Source of the DNA: Isurus oxyrinchus
Taxonomy: Eukaryota
Assembly (NCBI GenBank): GCA_026770705.1
Contig: JANJGN010000026.1
Span: 40,114,001 to 40,178,000 of the forward strand
Length of the DNA: 64,000 nucleotides
Direction: 5' to 3'
Part shown: piece by piece, positions 37,404 to 49,815 of the stretch
Layout: every line of letters begins with the position of its first letter
How positions within the stretch are numbered: the first letter of the stretch is position 1
Notes under the pieces: model-generated
Seen by the model: the letters and a program-made list of their open reading frames with translations, nothing else
What the model was told of the DNA's origin: nothing
The model's database searches: none
Program-made: the position numbers and the translations under genes

Positions 37404-38879
37404 CCAGTGATGAACTGCCAGCTCAAGGAAACCCGCCGCCGTGGTTAAGTGCTATTCGTGGCTCAGTGTAATTGTTCCATCTCACCACCCTATTTCCTCT
37501 AGTCATAAATTTGTGTGTTCAAGACCCACTCCAGACACCCGAGCACATTACCCAATGCTGACACTTCTACCGCCAATATGAATGGGAGCACTGCAGTGTC
37601 CGTGGTCCGATTTTTCAGATGAGCTGCTAAATGGAGGCTCAATTCAACGAGGAGGATCCATTCCGAGGAGGGTCATTTATTGTGTAAAAGAGCGGGGCAG
37701 CTCTTCCATAAATTTAACCCTCAAACGGCATCACTGAAACAGATGATCACATTGTTCTTTGTGGGTGCTTGCTGTGTGCATTTTGACTATTTACTACATT
37801 ACAATAGTGACTGCAATTCATATTTACTTCATTCTTGCTGCGGGACAGGCTGGATGGGCTCAGCAGCCCTTTGCTTTCTGTAATTGTTCGTAGGGAACGA
37901 TGTGTGCAAATTGTGGACCTGCACACATTATATTCGCATGGAAGAATAATAAGACTAAATTCAGTTTATCGGAGTGCATGCATACATTTCCTGATGCATT
38001 TACAGCTTTTGCTGTCTTCTTAACGAAGCGTTTAGAAGTGCGGTGTGATTAAATTAAATCTCGCTGACGCTTTCACTGAATCATCAGTCACTCATGTTCA
38101 TACCAAAATTCCCCCATAGCACAGCATGTTGTCCGCATTTAGTGGACATTCCTCATCACTGACAAACCGAGTTAGAGCCAAATATGATTTGTCATAAATT
38201 ACAGTTGCTGAGATAGTGTGCTAATATCTGCATGGATAGTACATACCGATGAAAGCGAATGAAAATAAGCAGCGAGAAGCAAGCAAAATAAGCTGATGAA
38301 ACCCAGCAGGCAACATATTTGAAAAATATCACGTTACTTTTTAAATCATTTCATTTTCAAATCCCAAGCTATCTGCTATGATGTTCTTTAAACGTAACTG
38401 AATCTAACCATATTACAGGAAATGAAGTGATGCGCGGTAACCTTGAAAGTGGAACAATCGGTGCAAACACGAGCAGAAATTTTTCCTGTTAAGATTCAAT
38501 TCACAGCTAGGTTTCAAATGCCAGGGCGCAGTAAAGATCAAAAACAAAAAGTTTGCACAGAAAAATAAGTGCGAGGGCCTCAAAACATTTTGGCTGCACC
38601 GAAAAAGATTATTTTAGGAAAACAGAAAAGAAAATATGTTTTTGCGAAGTTTTGTGTTTCTGAATGTCTGGCTGTCCAGTTTTGAAAAAAGAACAAAGAA
38701 ACCCGGATTAACTACAAAACCGACTTATTTTGGAACAATATTGGAATTGTAAATGTCGTGTATGAATACTTAATTTTTCTATTCTTTCTCTATCTCTCTC
38801 CCTCTCTCTCTTCTCTGTCCTTTCTCTACTTCATTCTCTCTGCAAGTAAATTTCACTCTACATTGTCAAGGAGATGCCG

Positions 38880-39165
38880 AGGGCAGGCACAGCACGGGTT
38901 AGTTCCAGAGTCAATCTCCCTCTATTCTGCCCCTATAAAACACTCCCAGGACAGGTACAGCACGGGTTAGTTCCAGAGTCAATCTCCCTCCATTCTGCCC
39001 CTATAAAACACTCCCAGGACAGGTACAGCACAGGATAGATAGCGAATAAAGTTCTTTCTACACTGTCCCTGTAAAACACTCCCAGATTTGAGCAACTCTG
39101 TTAGAGCCAGAGTAAGTCCTGCTGTACAACTTCCCATCAAACACTTCTGGGACAGATGAACCATG
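38880..39165. repeat. ~68-bp tandem satellite (CACTCCCAGGACAGGTACAGCAC...)
   Basis: Unit recurs about 4 times; AAAACACTCCCAG near 38937, 39005, 39073. Confidence 0.85.
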
Positions 39166-41280
39166 GAATATGTTTCAGTGCATTCTTAAAATGGTAATGA
39201 ACTTTTAAACCTTTTGAATATTTAGTTTCCAAATTAAATTGTGTTTTTTTAGAAATAAGGAAGTAAATTGCATTTTTATAGCTCCTTTTGCGATCTCATG
39301 GTGTCCTAAAGTATGTTGCACCATTATATCCAATGGAATACTTGAGAAGTTATACTGCAATACAAGGAAACGGACCAGAAAATGATGCTGACAGTGGGAT
39401 CCAACAAAGATAAATGTGATAATAAACAGTTATTCTGATATTTGATATGATTACGGGCTAACTATTGGAACAAGGATAATTTCCATGTTGGAAATGTTAT
39501 GCCATCGGAAAGGACAGGCAAAGACTCGCTTTAAATTCATATGCAAGAAATGATATGCCCGAAACTGCAGCTCTTCCTATAATGTTAGACTGTATTTTGT
39601 GCTGAAATCTGTAATGATGTTAATCAGTAATGAAAGTGAAAATTCTACTACTGGAAAACATGGCGAGCACACAGTTTCTCCAGCCTGGAGCTCAACAGAT
39701 TAGGGATCTGTTATTAGTCATTAGGCTAAATATTAATTCAGAAAATGTAATAGATTTATGCTGTGAGAAACATACGAATGCATCCGCGGTTTGTTGCCTT
39801 ATCTCAGCCTCAAATCAACAAATCAATTCCCAGGCATATCCTCACACATTTCTGAAACATAAATAAGCAAATCATTCACATGATCCACAATTCGTTGGGA
39901 GATCAAAGAACATAGCCACATTCCGGAAGGATACGAAGAATTTTGTTCTTTCGGGTGACATATTCCGTTACTTGCAAGTGTCTCGATGATTTCTCCTCCT
40001 GTTCCATATTCAAGTAGATAGGCTGCATAGCTAATGTTATTACCCTTTTGTTAAGGTTAAAAGGTCTCTTCAGGTGGCGCTCAGAGCAATTACAAAGGGA
40101 AGCTGTTCGTCGGATTGCAACTAACAATGTTTCTGCCAGTTCTGTCTCTACAATTTCCGATTGATAACAGGGGCGGCTTGTAACCACTGCGCCCTCTGGT
40201 AGGAAATCTAAGAATTTTACACAGTTTGAACAATGAGCAGAATGCTAATTTATCCATGGGACAATTTCAAGCAACCACACTTTCTGAAACGGACTTCAAA
40301 AAATTCAACTGTGTAACAACGGAGGAAATATGAGAAATATTAAAGGAACGGGCATTTCACCTTATTTAAGTTTCTCCTCAATGATGACATTATCTGATCT
40401 TTACATTGATGCATCGCACTCGTTAATGTTTGCTTTCTTCCACTTATGATTGCATTGTTTCCTAACTTTTTGTCCTCTTCCCTTTTTCGCTTTCTGGTTT
40501 CCTCTTATTCATTCTGGCTTGTGTGCTAACTTTTCCTTCTTTTCTCGCTGTGTTTCCAACTCTCTTCATTTCTGACTCTGTTCAAACTTACACTTCTTGA
40601 TTTTATTTTACTTTCTCATCTCATTAATCCTGCCCTCGGATCTTTCTAAAAGCGCCACTCGAAAGACCGATCCTTGAAACACAGCGGAACTGCTCACACA
40701 CTCGGTCTAGGTTTCTGTATGAGCTCAACATTTGATCGTTAGGCTGTCACCTTATGGAGCACAGATCGGTGGCAGCGTCTATAACCTGAGCGTCCCTCAG
40801 TCATGGGAAAGCGTTTGTTGCCCCCCTCGATTGAAGCAGTGATCATCTCGTGTTGATCAGTCCTTCTTGAGGCCATCACCAGATGCTGACGGGGTGGCGG
40901 GGGTTGGGCTGGGGGGGAGGTGGAGGGCGGTGGGCGATGGACAGATTCCGGAGCTGTCTGCACCAACGCACGATGTCAGACGCAATTATGATGATATGAT
41001 ATGATTCCCATTTCACTAACAACCATCCGCTGATGGAGCTGCATCACCTTATCTTCACCGATCACCTCCGTGCTGATCAGAGTTGAAAACAGCAGAAATA
41101 CTTGGCAAATCCGAAGCTTCATCACAACACATGCAATACAGGCTGAAGCCATTCTCCAGGGGGTCAGGTTAAAATCAGGAGATGGACATTTTATTTTGAA
41201 GACTTAACAAGAAGCCACTCAGAGGCGCCTTCCTATCGACCTAACGAAAGAAAGTGAGTCATGGAGCTTACCCACTAGAA

Positions 41281-41575
41281 GTTTCGCACTGACACAGCTC
41301 ACGCTGCCTCTGAGCTCACACCAGGCTGCCCATAATAAATGTTTCACACTGACACAGATCACGCTGCCTCTGGGCTCACACCAGGCTGCCCATAATCAGT
41401 GTTTCACACTGACACAGCTCACGCTGCCTGTGAGCTCACGCCAGGCTGCCCATACTCTGTTTCACACTGACACAATTCATGCTGCCTCTGAGCTCACACC
41501 AAGCCGCCCAGACTCAGTGTTTCACACTGACACCAGCTCACACTGTCCCTGAGTTCACACTAGATGGCCCACTTT
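41281..41575. repeat. ~60-bp minisatellite, 5 units
   Basis: GTTTCACACTGACACAGCTCACGCTGCCTCTGAGCTCACACCAGGCTGCCCA at 41281, 41341, 41401, ~41459, ~41519. Confidence 0.92.
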
Positions 41576-42279
41576 CAATATTTCTCATTGAATCACGCTG
41601 ATGTATGGTGGTGCATACTGACAATTGCATGGTTCAATCATTCACGGGAATTCCCGCCAATCTGCAGCCCTCAAGTTAGTTACAAATTAGAACAGATATT
41701 GCCTCCTTACTAGTATAGATCTCCTAAATCTCATCTTCAACTAAGCATCCAAGGATTCTCGAGTTATTTTCCTCCCGCATTCTGGCTGAGCCTTTATTCC
41801 ACACTGTGTTCAATCTCATTGTGACAACAGGAATGTCCAAACATCTCATTTTATAGTTTGAGCCCGTGTGCTTCCCCACATGGATTGCAATGTGACCTTT
41901 TCTTTCCATATTTACAACACACCAAGAATAAAAGAAACATTGGCAGAAAGTAACGTTTATATTTTTGCATTTTTTTAGTCAATTTTCTTCAGTAAAGTTT
42001 CTGAACACTGTTGTGAGTCTGGAACTCGCCCCGACTCAGAACCCAACACAGTCCTCCACCGCCCTCTGGTGGTGGTGACATGGAACTACAAGGTAAGTCT
42101 TCACAGAGTTTGTTAGCCCTCCGGACTCAAGATTACGTTCAACAATTTCCGATTCTAAATTCTTCCCCAGTTGTTTTTTAAAGAAGTTTTTGGACAGTGG
42201 TGGTGCATCTGATTTTCACAATAAACCTCCTCCAGACCAAGAGACTGCCTTTGATCTTTCCTATTGGAACATATTTTTG

Positions 42280-42580
42280 AGATCTGAGCCATGAAGATTC
42301 TGTTATTCAGCCACTATCCGCAAGAGTTAAGACAAAAGTAGAAGAAGTGACCTTAAAATGTACCAATGATGCAACATGGGAAGGCAAATGGTACCAGCAA
42401 TAAGCTGAAACACAGCCAATGCGTAGTTTTATATGCTACCCGAACGGTTCTGTAAAATAAAGCGGATTTTGCTAAAATGCACATATCAGAAGCGTGACAA
42501 AATTCATCACTTTAATCATCACTGGACTGTATCTAACTGACGCTCCAGTTTACTCCTGCTCCCTGAGACTCACTGGGTTG
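42280..42580 (+). pseudogene. TCR V pseudogene (family of V 32356)
   Basis: HEDSVIQPLSARVKTKVEEVTLKCTNDATWEGKWYQQ*AETQP...KFITLIITGLYLTDAPVYSCSLR; degenerate heptamer. Confidence 0.8.
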
Positions 42581-43059
42581 GAAACAAGTTAAACACTCAT
42601 ACCGGTACACCGGTGTGTAGATTTGAAAATCCACTTCAAAAACTCAATTACGAGGCGACCGGATGTGAAGACCATCACAACATAACTATTCAGAAAATCT
42701 AGCTTGTTCCTATGTTCAATACTGATATCAGCTATGTTAGCTTTTCAGCAGAGCACATGACTCTGAGTCACCCAATTTCACTGAACGTCGTTTGAAAATA
42801 TTTACACACGCTCGCCACCAGAAGGCAGTAGGGGCTGGGTTATATAAAAAGTGAAGTCAGGCAGCATCTGCGGAGAGATAAAAAAGTGCGCTTCTAACAG
42901 AACTTTATCAGCACTTGAACTGAGATAATTGACAGAGACCCAAGTGCAGTAGCAACACTCGCTGGTTTGACTGTCCGAACGGGCTACAGATTGAGGACGG
43001 TTTTTTCCATGCTTTCGTGATATTGAACGTTGCTGGCCGAACCAGTATTACCTGCCCAT

Positions 43060-44315
43060 CCCTATTCACAGTTTAAAGTAACTGTGTCATCGGCAGCAGG
43101 GGTTTGTACAGGGGGATTCCAGGACACCAGGGAATTGGAATCTGGAGGATAAAAAAAAATTATCTTTTCGTTTAGCCAGTGTTTGTCCGGGGGAATTTGC
43201 CAATCGCGTGAATAGCTCTGTTTGTGCAGTAATTTTCTTTGTTTGAAGCCGGTGCGAAACGTATTCACGGTTATTAAATTAGGATCAAGTCAGGAATGAG
43301 GTGATATTTTCTTTTCCACAGCGAAATCTTCCAATCAGGGCTTCACTGCCTGATTGGAATAGATTCCATTGTGCCTTTCAAACTGATAATGGATCTGTGC
43401 TGGATATGGAGAAAATTCTTGGGTAGTGGGATTAATTGAATTATACTTTTAAAGATGCAGCACCTACACGATGGGTCGAATATCAAACTTCCATGCTGGA
43501 TAATTCTATGAATTATACTACATTCCCGTTTCTATTTTCCCTGTTGAGAGACAAACCAGATGCAACATTTTATGATCAGTGAGGCAATCAGTTTTTAAAA
43601 AAACATGTTTGTCGCAGAGGAACACATCTGCGCATTGCAAGGTCCAACAAAAATGGGCATCATTAGCACCGATTTTGCCAAACCGAGAGTTAACATCAGT
43701 GGTCAAATGTCAATCATTTACTGCGGTTTTAAACTGTCCGGGAGCTTCTATCTGTCCTTTTCTCTATTTCTCTATGTTCTACCAATAGGCTCCAATTTTC
43801 TGCAGTTCAGTTCATTTGGAATATTCACAATGAATTTCATTTTATTTATATTATTTCATGTTTCCTTTATTTCACATTTACGTTCTGCTGTTTGCGGTTC
43901 TTCCAATGGTGGTAACTTGCCCCAAACTCACTCAGTTGTCGGTTGGTTTCAGTCTGTTCAGTTTCCGCAGTGGTTTTACTGTTACTCACTGGGAACTGCC
44001 TCTTTCGGCTCTCGGACAATTTCGATTCTTTCCGCACATTGACTGATTATCTCCCGGGTTCTCTGGGCGGAGTTTTCTCTCAATTTTACATTACAGAGGA
44101 AGAATAATGAAAAAGAAGAATGGGCCATTCGGCCTGTGGATATAATCCATTACAATTTGACCCCGCCCGAAATCTAACTGATTATTTCCATCCAGCTCCC
44201 TATGTTGGTCTGTTCCGTTCTCCGTCCTGTATTGTCAAGTGTTCCAATAAATACATCAATGCTCTTTCCAACTATTCCCTGCCACAGCAGGTTCCTCATT
44301 CTGACTTGTCTTTGT
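43060..44315 (-). repeat. Inverted copy of the NAR J-to-supporting-Vdelta intron plus truncated supporting-V exon start
   Basis: Reverse-complement homology to ~48287-49592 (e.g. CAGTTTCCGCAGTGGTTTTACTGTTACTCACTGGGAACTGCC); CCTCCAG|DSNSLVSWNPPVQTPAADDTVTLNCE* versus DFSSIISWISPLQMSAVGDTVTLNCEY. Confidence 0.9.
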
Positions 44316-45170
44316 GTATTCCCAAACTGGAAATCAAACATGACTGAAATACGTATAACGCACCGCAGGGCTGGTGCAGGAAGCATTTGGTTAAATGACA
44401 GGGAGAGTTTGCATTCATTCACGTGTGCTCTGCGCCTGGGCAGGTCCTTGGACGATTTTCTGCAATTACTTCGCATTGAGCTGTTTTCTTGGCAGCTTTG
44501 TTTGTCGTGGTTTTTAATTGCCTTCCACTCGGAGGAGCAGGAAGGACCCAAGTCAACCTCAGTTAGAACGCGGACAGAAACCATGTTATTGGCATTATTC
44601 CAAACCAGACACTAGCCACCTAGCCAGCGGAGCTAACTAGCTGCTACTTAGCCTTTGTATGTTGTGTACGTCTGCCAGGATATTAGTAATGTAACTGCAC
44701 CTCATCATATTGTAACCTGAACCCCAGTCGCTGGGCCATGGAAGATGCTGGACCTGAGGCGCCGGCCTTCAGGTCAGGCGTCTAACTGATGCCCCACCAG
44801 CCCATTCAGGGCGATGCTAAACAATGTCCAGAATATTAGAATAAGAGCGGTACGCGGGGATTCACCTGGTGCTCAGGGCCCACATTTCACCTTTAACAAA
44901 CACCACCCAAAACAAACACATACACCGACCTTCCAGTGCATTCCAGTGGGGAAATGAAGGCGGCAGCACAACTGGCAGAAAGAAAAGCTCCCCTTCCCCA
45001 CTCCTGTACACCAGAGTATTGTGGGAGGGGCTTTCACATCCGGATCACAATCCAAATGTGGAGTCAGAAAATTGCAGCCTCCTTTTATAAACCTGTCTCT
45101 TATTCACACAACACTTAGCCAGCGACCTGGGAACCGTCCGGCCCATCAATGATCTCAGCGGAAAAGCCCC

Positions 45171-45273
45171 ATGCAAATCAACTTCGATCCCCCTAAAGTA
45201 TTTCAGTCTAGCTCTGAGGCCCGGTCTCCCAGTGCAGTCCAGGACTGCAGTCTCCAGCTCCCCGTCATATAAA
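45171..45273 (+). promoter_or_regulatory. NAR-type V promoter: octamer and TATA box
   Basis: ATGCAAAT 45171-45178; half-CRE CGTCA 45263-45267; TATAAA 45268-45273; ATG 45298. Confidence 0.65.
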
Positions 45274-45297
45274 CCCTCAGCTCCAGGCAGAAGGACG

Positions 45298-45777
45298 ATG
45301 GGAATCCTCCTTGTTTTCACGCTGTGTATCTGTTTACCCCGTGAGTAGCGATCAAACAAACCGACATTGCGTGGATTTAATATAAAGCTGCTCGAGTCAA
45401 TCCCAACTACAGACACTGTCTGGGGTTTTAACCCCGCACTGTGGTTCTCTGATGGTCCATTAAACTCTCTCTGTTTAATTTCCAGGCTTTTTCAGTCAGT
45501 CAGTGACACAGACCCCGGCAGCGGTGACCAGGAAGGAGTGTCGTCAGCCTCTCACCATCACCTGTGTTTTCTCCGGTGCTTCGCGGGATTATTTCCAGAC
45601 GGGATATTTCTTCAGACAAACCCAGACCGGGACAGAGCGGGAGCGGATCTCCAGTGGGGGGAGATTTGTTGTGTCGGTGAATAAAGCACAAAAGACATTT
45701 TCGCTGGAAATTCAGGAATTGAGAGTTGAAGACACCGCCACCTATTACTGTAAAGCTTAGTACCAGTATTACAGATA
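45298..45777 (+). CDS. NAR-TCR variable segment (IgNAR-like V); leader 45298-45340, V exon 45486-45777; in-frame TAG at 45758
   Basis: MGILLVFTLCICLP|GTGAGT ... RFFSQSVTQTPAAVTRKECRQPLTITCVFSGASRDYFQTGYFFRQTQTGTERERISSGGRFVVSVNKAQKTFSLEIQELRVEDTATYYCKA*. VNAR hallmarks: CDR2 deletion, ERIS.GGR, YYCKA; extra FR1 Cys. RSS CACAGTG 45778-45784, 22-bp spacer, ACAAAAACT 45807-45815. Confidence 0.9.
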
Positions 45778-46112
45778 CACAGTGATGGGTCTCAGCTTCC
45801 CACGATACAAAAACTCTCACTGTAGATTATCACAGAAACAAATGAAAGAGCGGAGTTAATCTGCAGTTAAACCCCCACAGTTCCGTGTCACACTGTCTAT
45901 TTTATAATGAGACTGGATTATTGCTGTTAACATCTTGAGTGTGTGTGGATGGTGATGTCTTTCCCGGGATTGGTGTCAGTGAATGGGGATTGGGAATGAT
46001 TGATCCCAGTTAGAAACCCCTAACGCCAGATGTGATCCTGGTCTAACAGCTGGAACCGGGAACCGCTGCCCCCGCTGTTTATGATGTCCCCAAATCTTCG
46101 CAAGTACCCGAG

Positions 46113-46187
46113 GGATTTTCTACTGACTTGTAACACTATGTGGATGGGGTACCTGGAATCACAGTGGGAGAGACCTTAACAAATACC
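46113..46187 (+). other. NAR-TCR D segment (46141-46159) with 12-RSS on both sides
   Basis: GGATTTTCT-12-CACTATG | TGGATGGGGTACCTGGAAT | CACAGTG-12-ACAAATACC; open in all three frames (WMGYLE / GWGTWN / DGVPG). Confidence 0.88.
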
Positions 46188-46493
46188 TCTGCCCAATCAC
46201 AATATAAATTCTCCGCGTCCGGATAGTGAATTGTCGGGTTGATGTTATTATCTCTGGAATCTGATTACAATTCATTGTAATTTCCATTATTCAGTTATCG
46301 TTCTTTGTTGTTCTGCTCGGTTTTTGTGAAGCTATTATCTCGTTCCCGGACCATTTACTCTGAGCTCAGTGCCTTAAAAAGAAGAGTTTGAACTGACAGA
46401 GACTTTGAAAATTGTTTATTTATTTAAATCAGTTGAATAATTGGGCAGTTTCTACTGTCTGATGATGATTTCCCGGCAGGTTAAGGTGTCGGT

Positions 46494-46579
46494 GGTTGTT
46501 GTACCGGGGACACTGAGAGCGGAGTCACTGTGGAAATATTATGTGGATGGATCCGGGACAGTGTTGACTGTTACAGCCG
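46494..46579 (+). CDS. NAR-TCR J segment (46533-46579) with 23-RSS
   Basis: GGTTGTTGT-23-CACTGTG then KYYVDGSGTVLTVTA + G|GTAAGT donor; DGxGTVLTV is IgNAR-like rather than FGxG. Confidence 0.92.
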
Positions 46580-47494
46580 GTAAGTGACTCCATACTCCGC
46601 CGGGTTACAGCCTGTCTCGGGTAATGTTCACCGTCAGTTTATTATTGATATCAGTGGTGTTTGGGGGAGATGTTAGAGTTGACGGAATCTGGACCATTAT
46701 TAGTTCAATGGGCACATCGGGGACACCATCAACACCACGGACTCTCACACTCTGAATCGCTTTTAATGAGCGCAGATTGTCAACACTCAGGACTCCACAC
46801 CCCGTATTAACTGTGACCGAGGCAAATCTATCTGTCACTTAGAGCCCGGGAGCGAGGTCCCAGAGCTTTCTCCTGGGCAGCAGATTGCAGCCTGAGCCGC
46901 ACAATGTGAATGAGGTACCGGGTGAATAAACTCAATACAACTGCGGCCAGTTCGGATACCTGCAGTGGCTCGTTCCAGACCTGACCCGGAAGAAAAACGG
47001 GAAAGTGACACAAGGGGCCTCAGATATATGAGATACTGATGTGAGTCCAGGTTGAATTCTATATTTGGACAATCAGTCACGAAAATTAGTGACATTGTCT
47101 GTGCCATTTCTTTCAATTGCCTTTATAGAACCAATCACTTTCCTCCTTTTCCGTCCTTAAAATGAAATGTGAAAGTTTGGAAATGCAGACACTTCTCTAT
47201 ATTGAATGTAGATGTTTGAGATATGGGGTTGCTGTAATTTATCTGTAATTCTGATTCCTGTGAACTGAAACAGCATAGTGCAGTGAGAAAGTGAGGATGA
47301 TGTATTAATCTTATAAAGGAGAAAAGGGACATAAGGAAACAATTATAAACAAGGAGAATGCTCATTTAGAACCAGCAAGAAAAAAATAATCGAAAGGGAG
47401 AGAACGATTGGACGATTTCTGGGCGATTTTCAAAGTAGTTTCCGACTCGGTGGTAGGTGAGGTTTATGGAGGGAAGGACTGAAATAGACTCCAG

Positions 47495-48040
47495 TCCGGA
47501 ATGCTGTGTAAAGTTTTGGTCCCCTTACAGAAGGGAGATCAATCGTCATTGGAATGAGTGCAACAAAGATTCATCAGACTGATTCGTGAGATGAAGGGAT
47601 TGCCCAATGGGATGAGATTTAGTCGTCTCGGCCTATATTTCTTAGAGTTTAGAAGAATGAGAGGTGATCGCATGAAAACATATAATATTCTGCAGGGACT
47701 TGATAGGGCAGATTCTGTGTCAGTGTCTCCCCAGACTGAGGAGTATATAACTCGGGGTCACAGCTTCAGAATAAAGAGTCATCGATTAGAACTGAGAAGG
47801 AAAATAAATCTTCAATAGAACCACTGTTGTTAATCTGTGGCATTCTGTAACTCAGAGAGCGGTGGGTGTTCATAATCTGTATGCATTCTAGACAACATTC
47901 GATAGGTTTTCGGACACTAAAGGGATCAGGGATATGGGGAGAGTGCGGGAATGTGACGTTGCGGTTGTAAATCAGCCAGGATATTACTGAATGTCTGAGC
48001 AGGTTTGAAAGGTGATATGGTGGCTCCTGCTTCTATTGAT
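47495..48040 (+). mobile_element. CR1-type LINE 3' fragment in the J-V intron
   Basis: VQQRFIRLI...RLGLYFLEFRRMRGD...TRGHSFRI. Confidence 0.85.
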
Positions 48041-49515
48041 TGGATTCTCTGCTTTGGTTTCTTACACTCCTGAGGGAAGAAACAATCATCAACAATCCAC
48101 ATCTCTCTGGGAAGATTGAACAGGCTGGTTCTCTTTTTTCTGGAATACAGAACCACAAGGAGAATCCATATAAATCTTTCAATATTGAACGGGTTTAACC
48201 TGGACAAGTTGAGTCTAAAGCAATAGCTGTCAACACATGATAGTAGCTAACAGAACAGATCAAACATTTAAGACAAATGAATTTAAACAAAGGCAGGTCA
48301 GAATGTGGAACTTGCTGCCTCAGGGAGAGGTTGGAGAAAGTATTGATATATTTATTGGATCACTTGAAAAAAGAGGAGGGAGAATGGAACAGACCAACAC
48401 AGGGAGCTGGATGTAAATGGTCAATTAGATTTCTGGTGGGGTCCGGCTGGAGTTGATTATATACACAGGCTGAATGGCCCATTCCTCTTCCGCATTCTTC
48501 TTCCTCGATAATGTAAAATTGAGAGAAAACTCCGGCCAGAGAACCTGCGACAGAATCAGTTAACGTGCGGAAAGAATTGAAATTGTCAGAGAGCCGGAAG
48601 AGGCAGTTCCCAGTGAGTAACAGTAAAACCACTGCGGAAACTGAACAGACTGAACCCAACCGACAACTGAGAGAGATTGGGACAAGTTCCCACGGTTGCA
48701 AAAAAGGCAACAGCATATAATAAATGTGAAATAAAGGGAATGTGAAATTAAAGAAATAAAATGAAATTAATTGCACCTATTTGATATTAAGCTGAACTGG
48801 AGAAAATAAGACCCTATTGACAGAGCATAATGAAATAGAGCAAAAGGCAGATAGAAATTCCTGAGCAGTTATAAACCGCAGTAAGTGATTGACCTTTCAC
48901 CACGAGAGATGCTCACTCTTGGTTTGGCCCAATCGGTGCGGATGAACCCCATCAGTTTATGTTGGATTTTGCTATGCGCAGTGATGCCACACAGCTGTGT
49001 CCCTCTCTGACAAACATGGTTTTTTTGGAAACTGGTTGCCTTGCTGAACATAAAATACTCCCTCGTGTTTGTTTCTCACCAAGGAAAATAGAAACAGGAA
49101 TGTAATATAATTCATAGAATTATCCAGCACGGAAGGATGATATTCGGCCAATTGTGTTGGCGCTGACCCTTTAAAAGTGCAATATAAATGTTCCCACGGC
49201 CCATGAATTTACTCTAGAGCTCTATATTTGTATTTACATTTCCAATACAGACCCGTTATCCGTTTGAAAGTCACTATTGAATCTATCCCCTACACCAATT
49301 CAGGCAGTGCAGTCCTGATCGGAAGAACTCGCGACGTAAAATAAAACATCACCTCATCCCCCATTTAGTCATATTTTCATAACAGTGAACATGGTTCAAA
49401 TAGGCTTCCAGCAAGTTAAATTACGCAAAAAGCAGAGCTATTCGCGCGATTGACAGATTCTCCTGGACAAACAGTGGCTGAACAAAAAGATAGTGTTCAT
49501 TTTCTTATCCTACAG

Positions 49516-49815
49516 ATTTCAGTTCCATAATTTCCTGGATTTCGCCTCTACAAATGTCTGCTGTCGGTGACACCGTTACTTTAAACTGTGAATATTCAGG
49601 GTTCTGCACAGTACACTGGTACCGTCAGTCCCCAGGACAGGCTCCTGAATATCTTCTTCAGAGACGCACTTCAGGAGAGGAGAATAAAGAAAACGCTGCC
49701 GGGGGGAGAATTTTTGCTTCTATCGATTCTACCGAGAAAATCAGCTGGTTAACGATCTCCGAACTACAACTAAGCGACTCCATTGTTTATTACTGTGAAC
49801 TGAGTCGGTGCACAG
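49516..49815 (+). CDS. Leaderless 'supporting' TCR delta V of NAR-TCR
   Basis: Acceptor CCTACAG ends 49515, phase-compatible with the NAR J donor. DFSSIISWISPLQMSAVGDTVTLNCEYSGFCTVHWYRQSPGQAPEYLLQRRTSGEENKENAAGGRIFASIDSTEKISWLTISELQLSDSIVYYCELSRCT; extra CDR1 Cys; no leader exon found upstream. Confidence 0.9.

Noticed and set aside
42930-43040. Possible IgHV-like FR3 (RSISRKHGKN...CYC) after the truncated supporting V
   Set aside because: Similarity too weak by eye, no RSS, and adjacent to a Penelope tail fragment.
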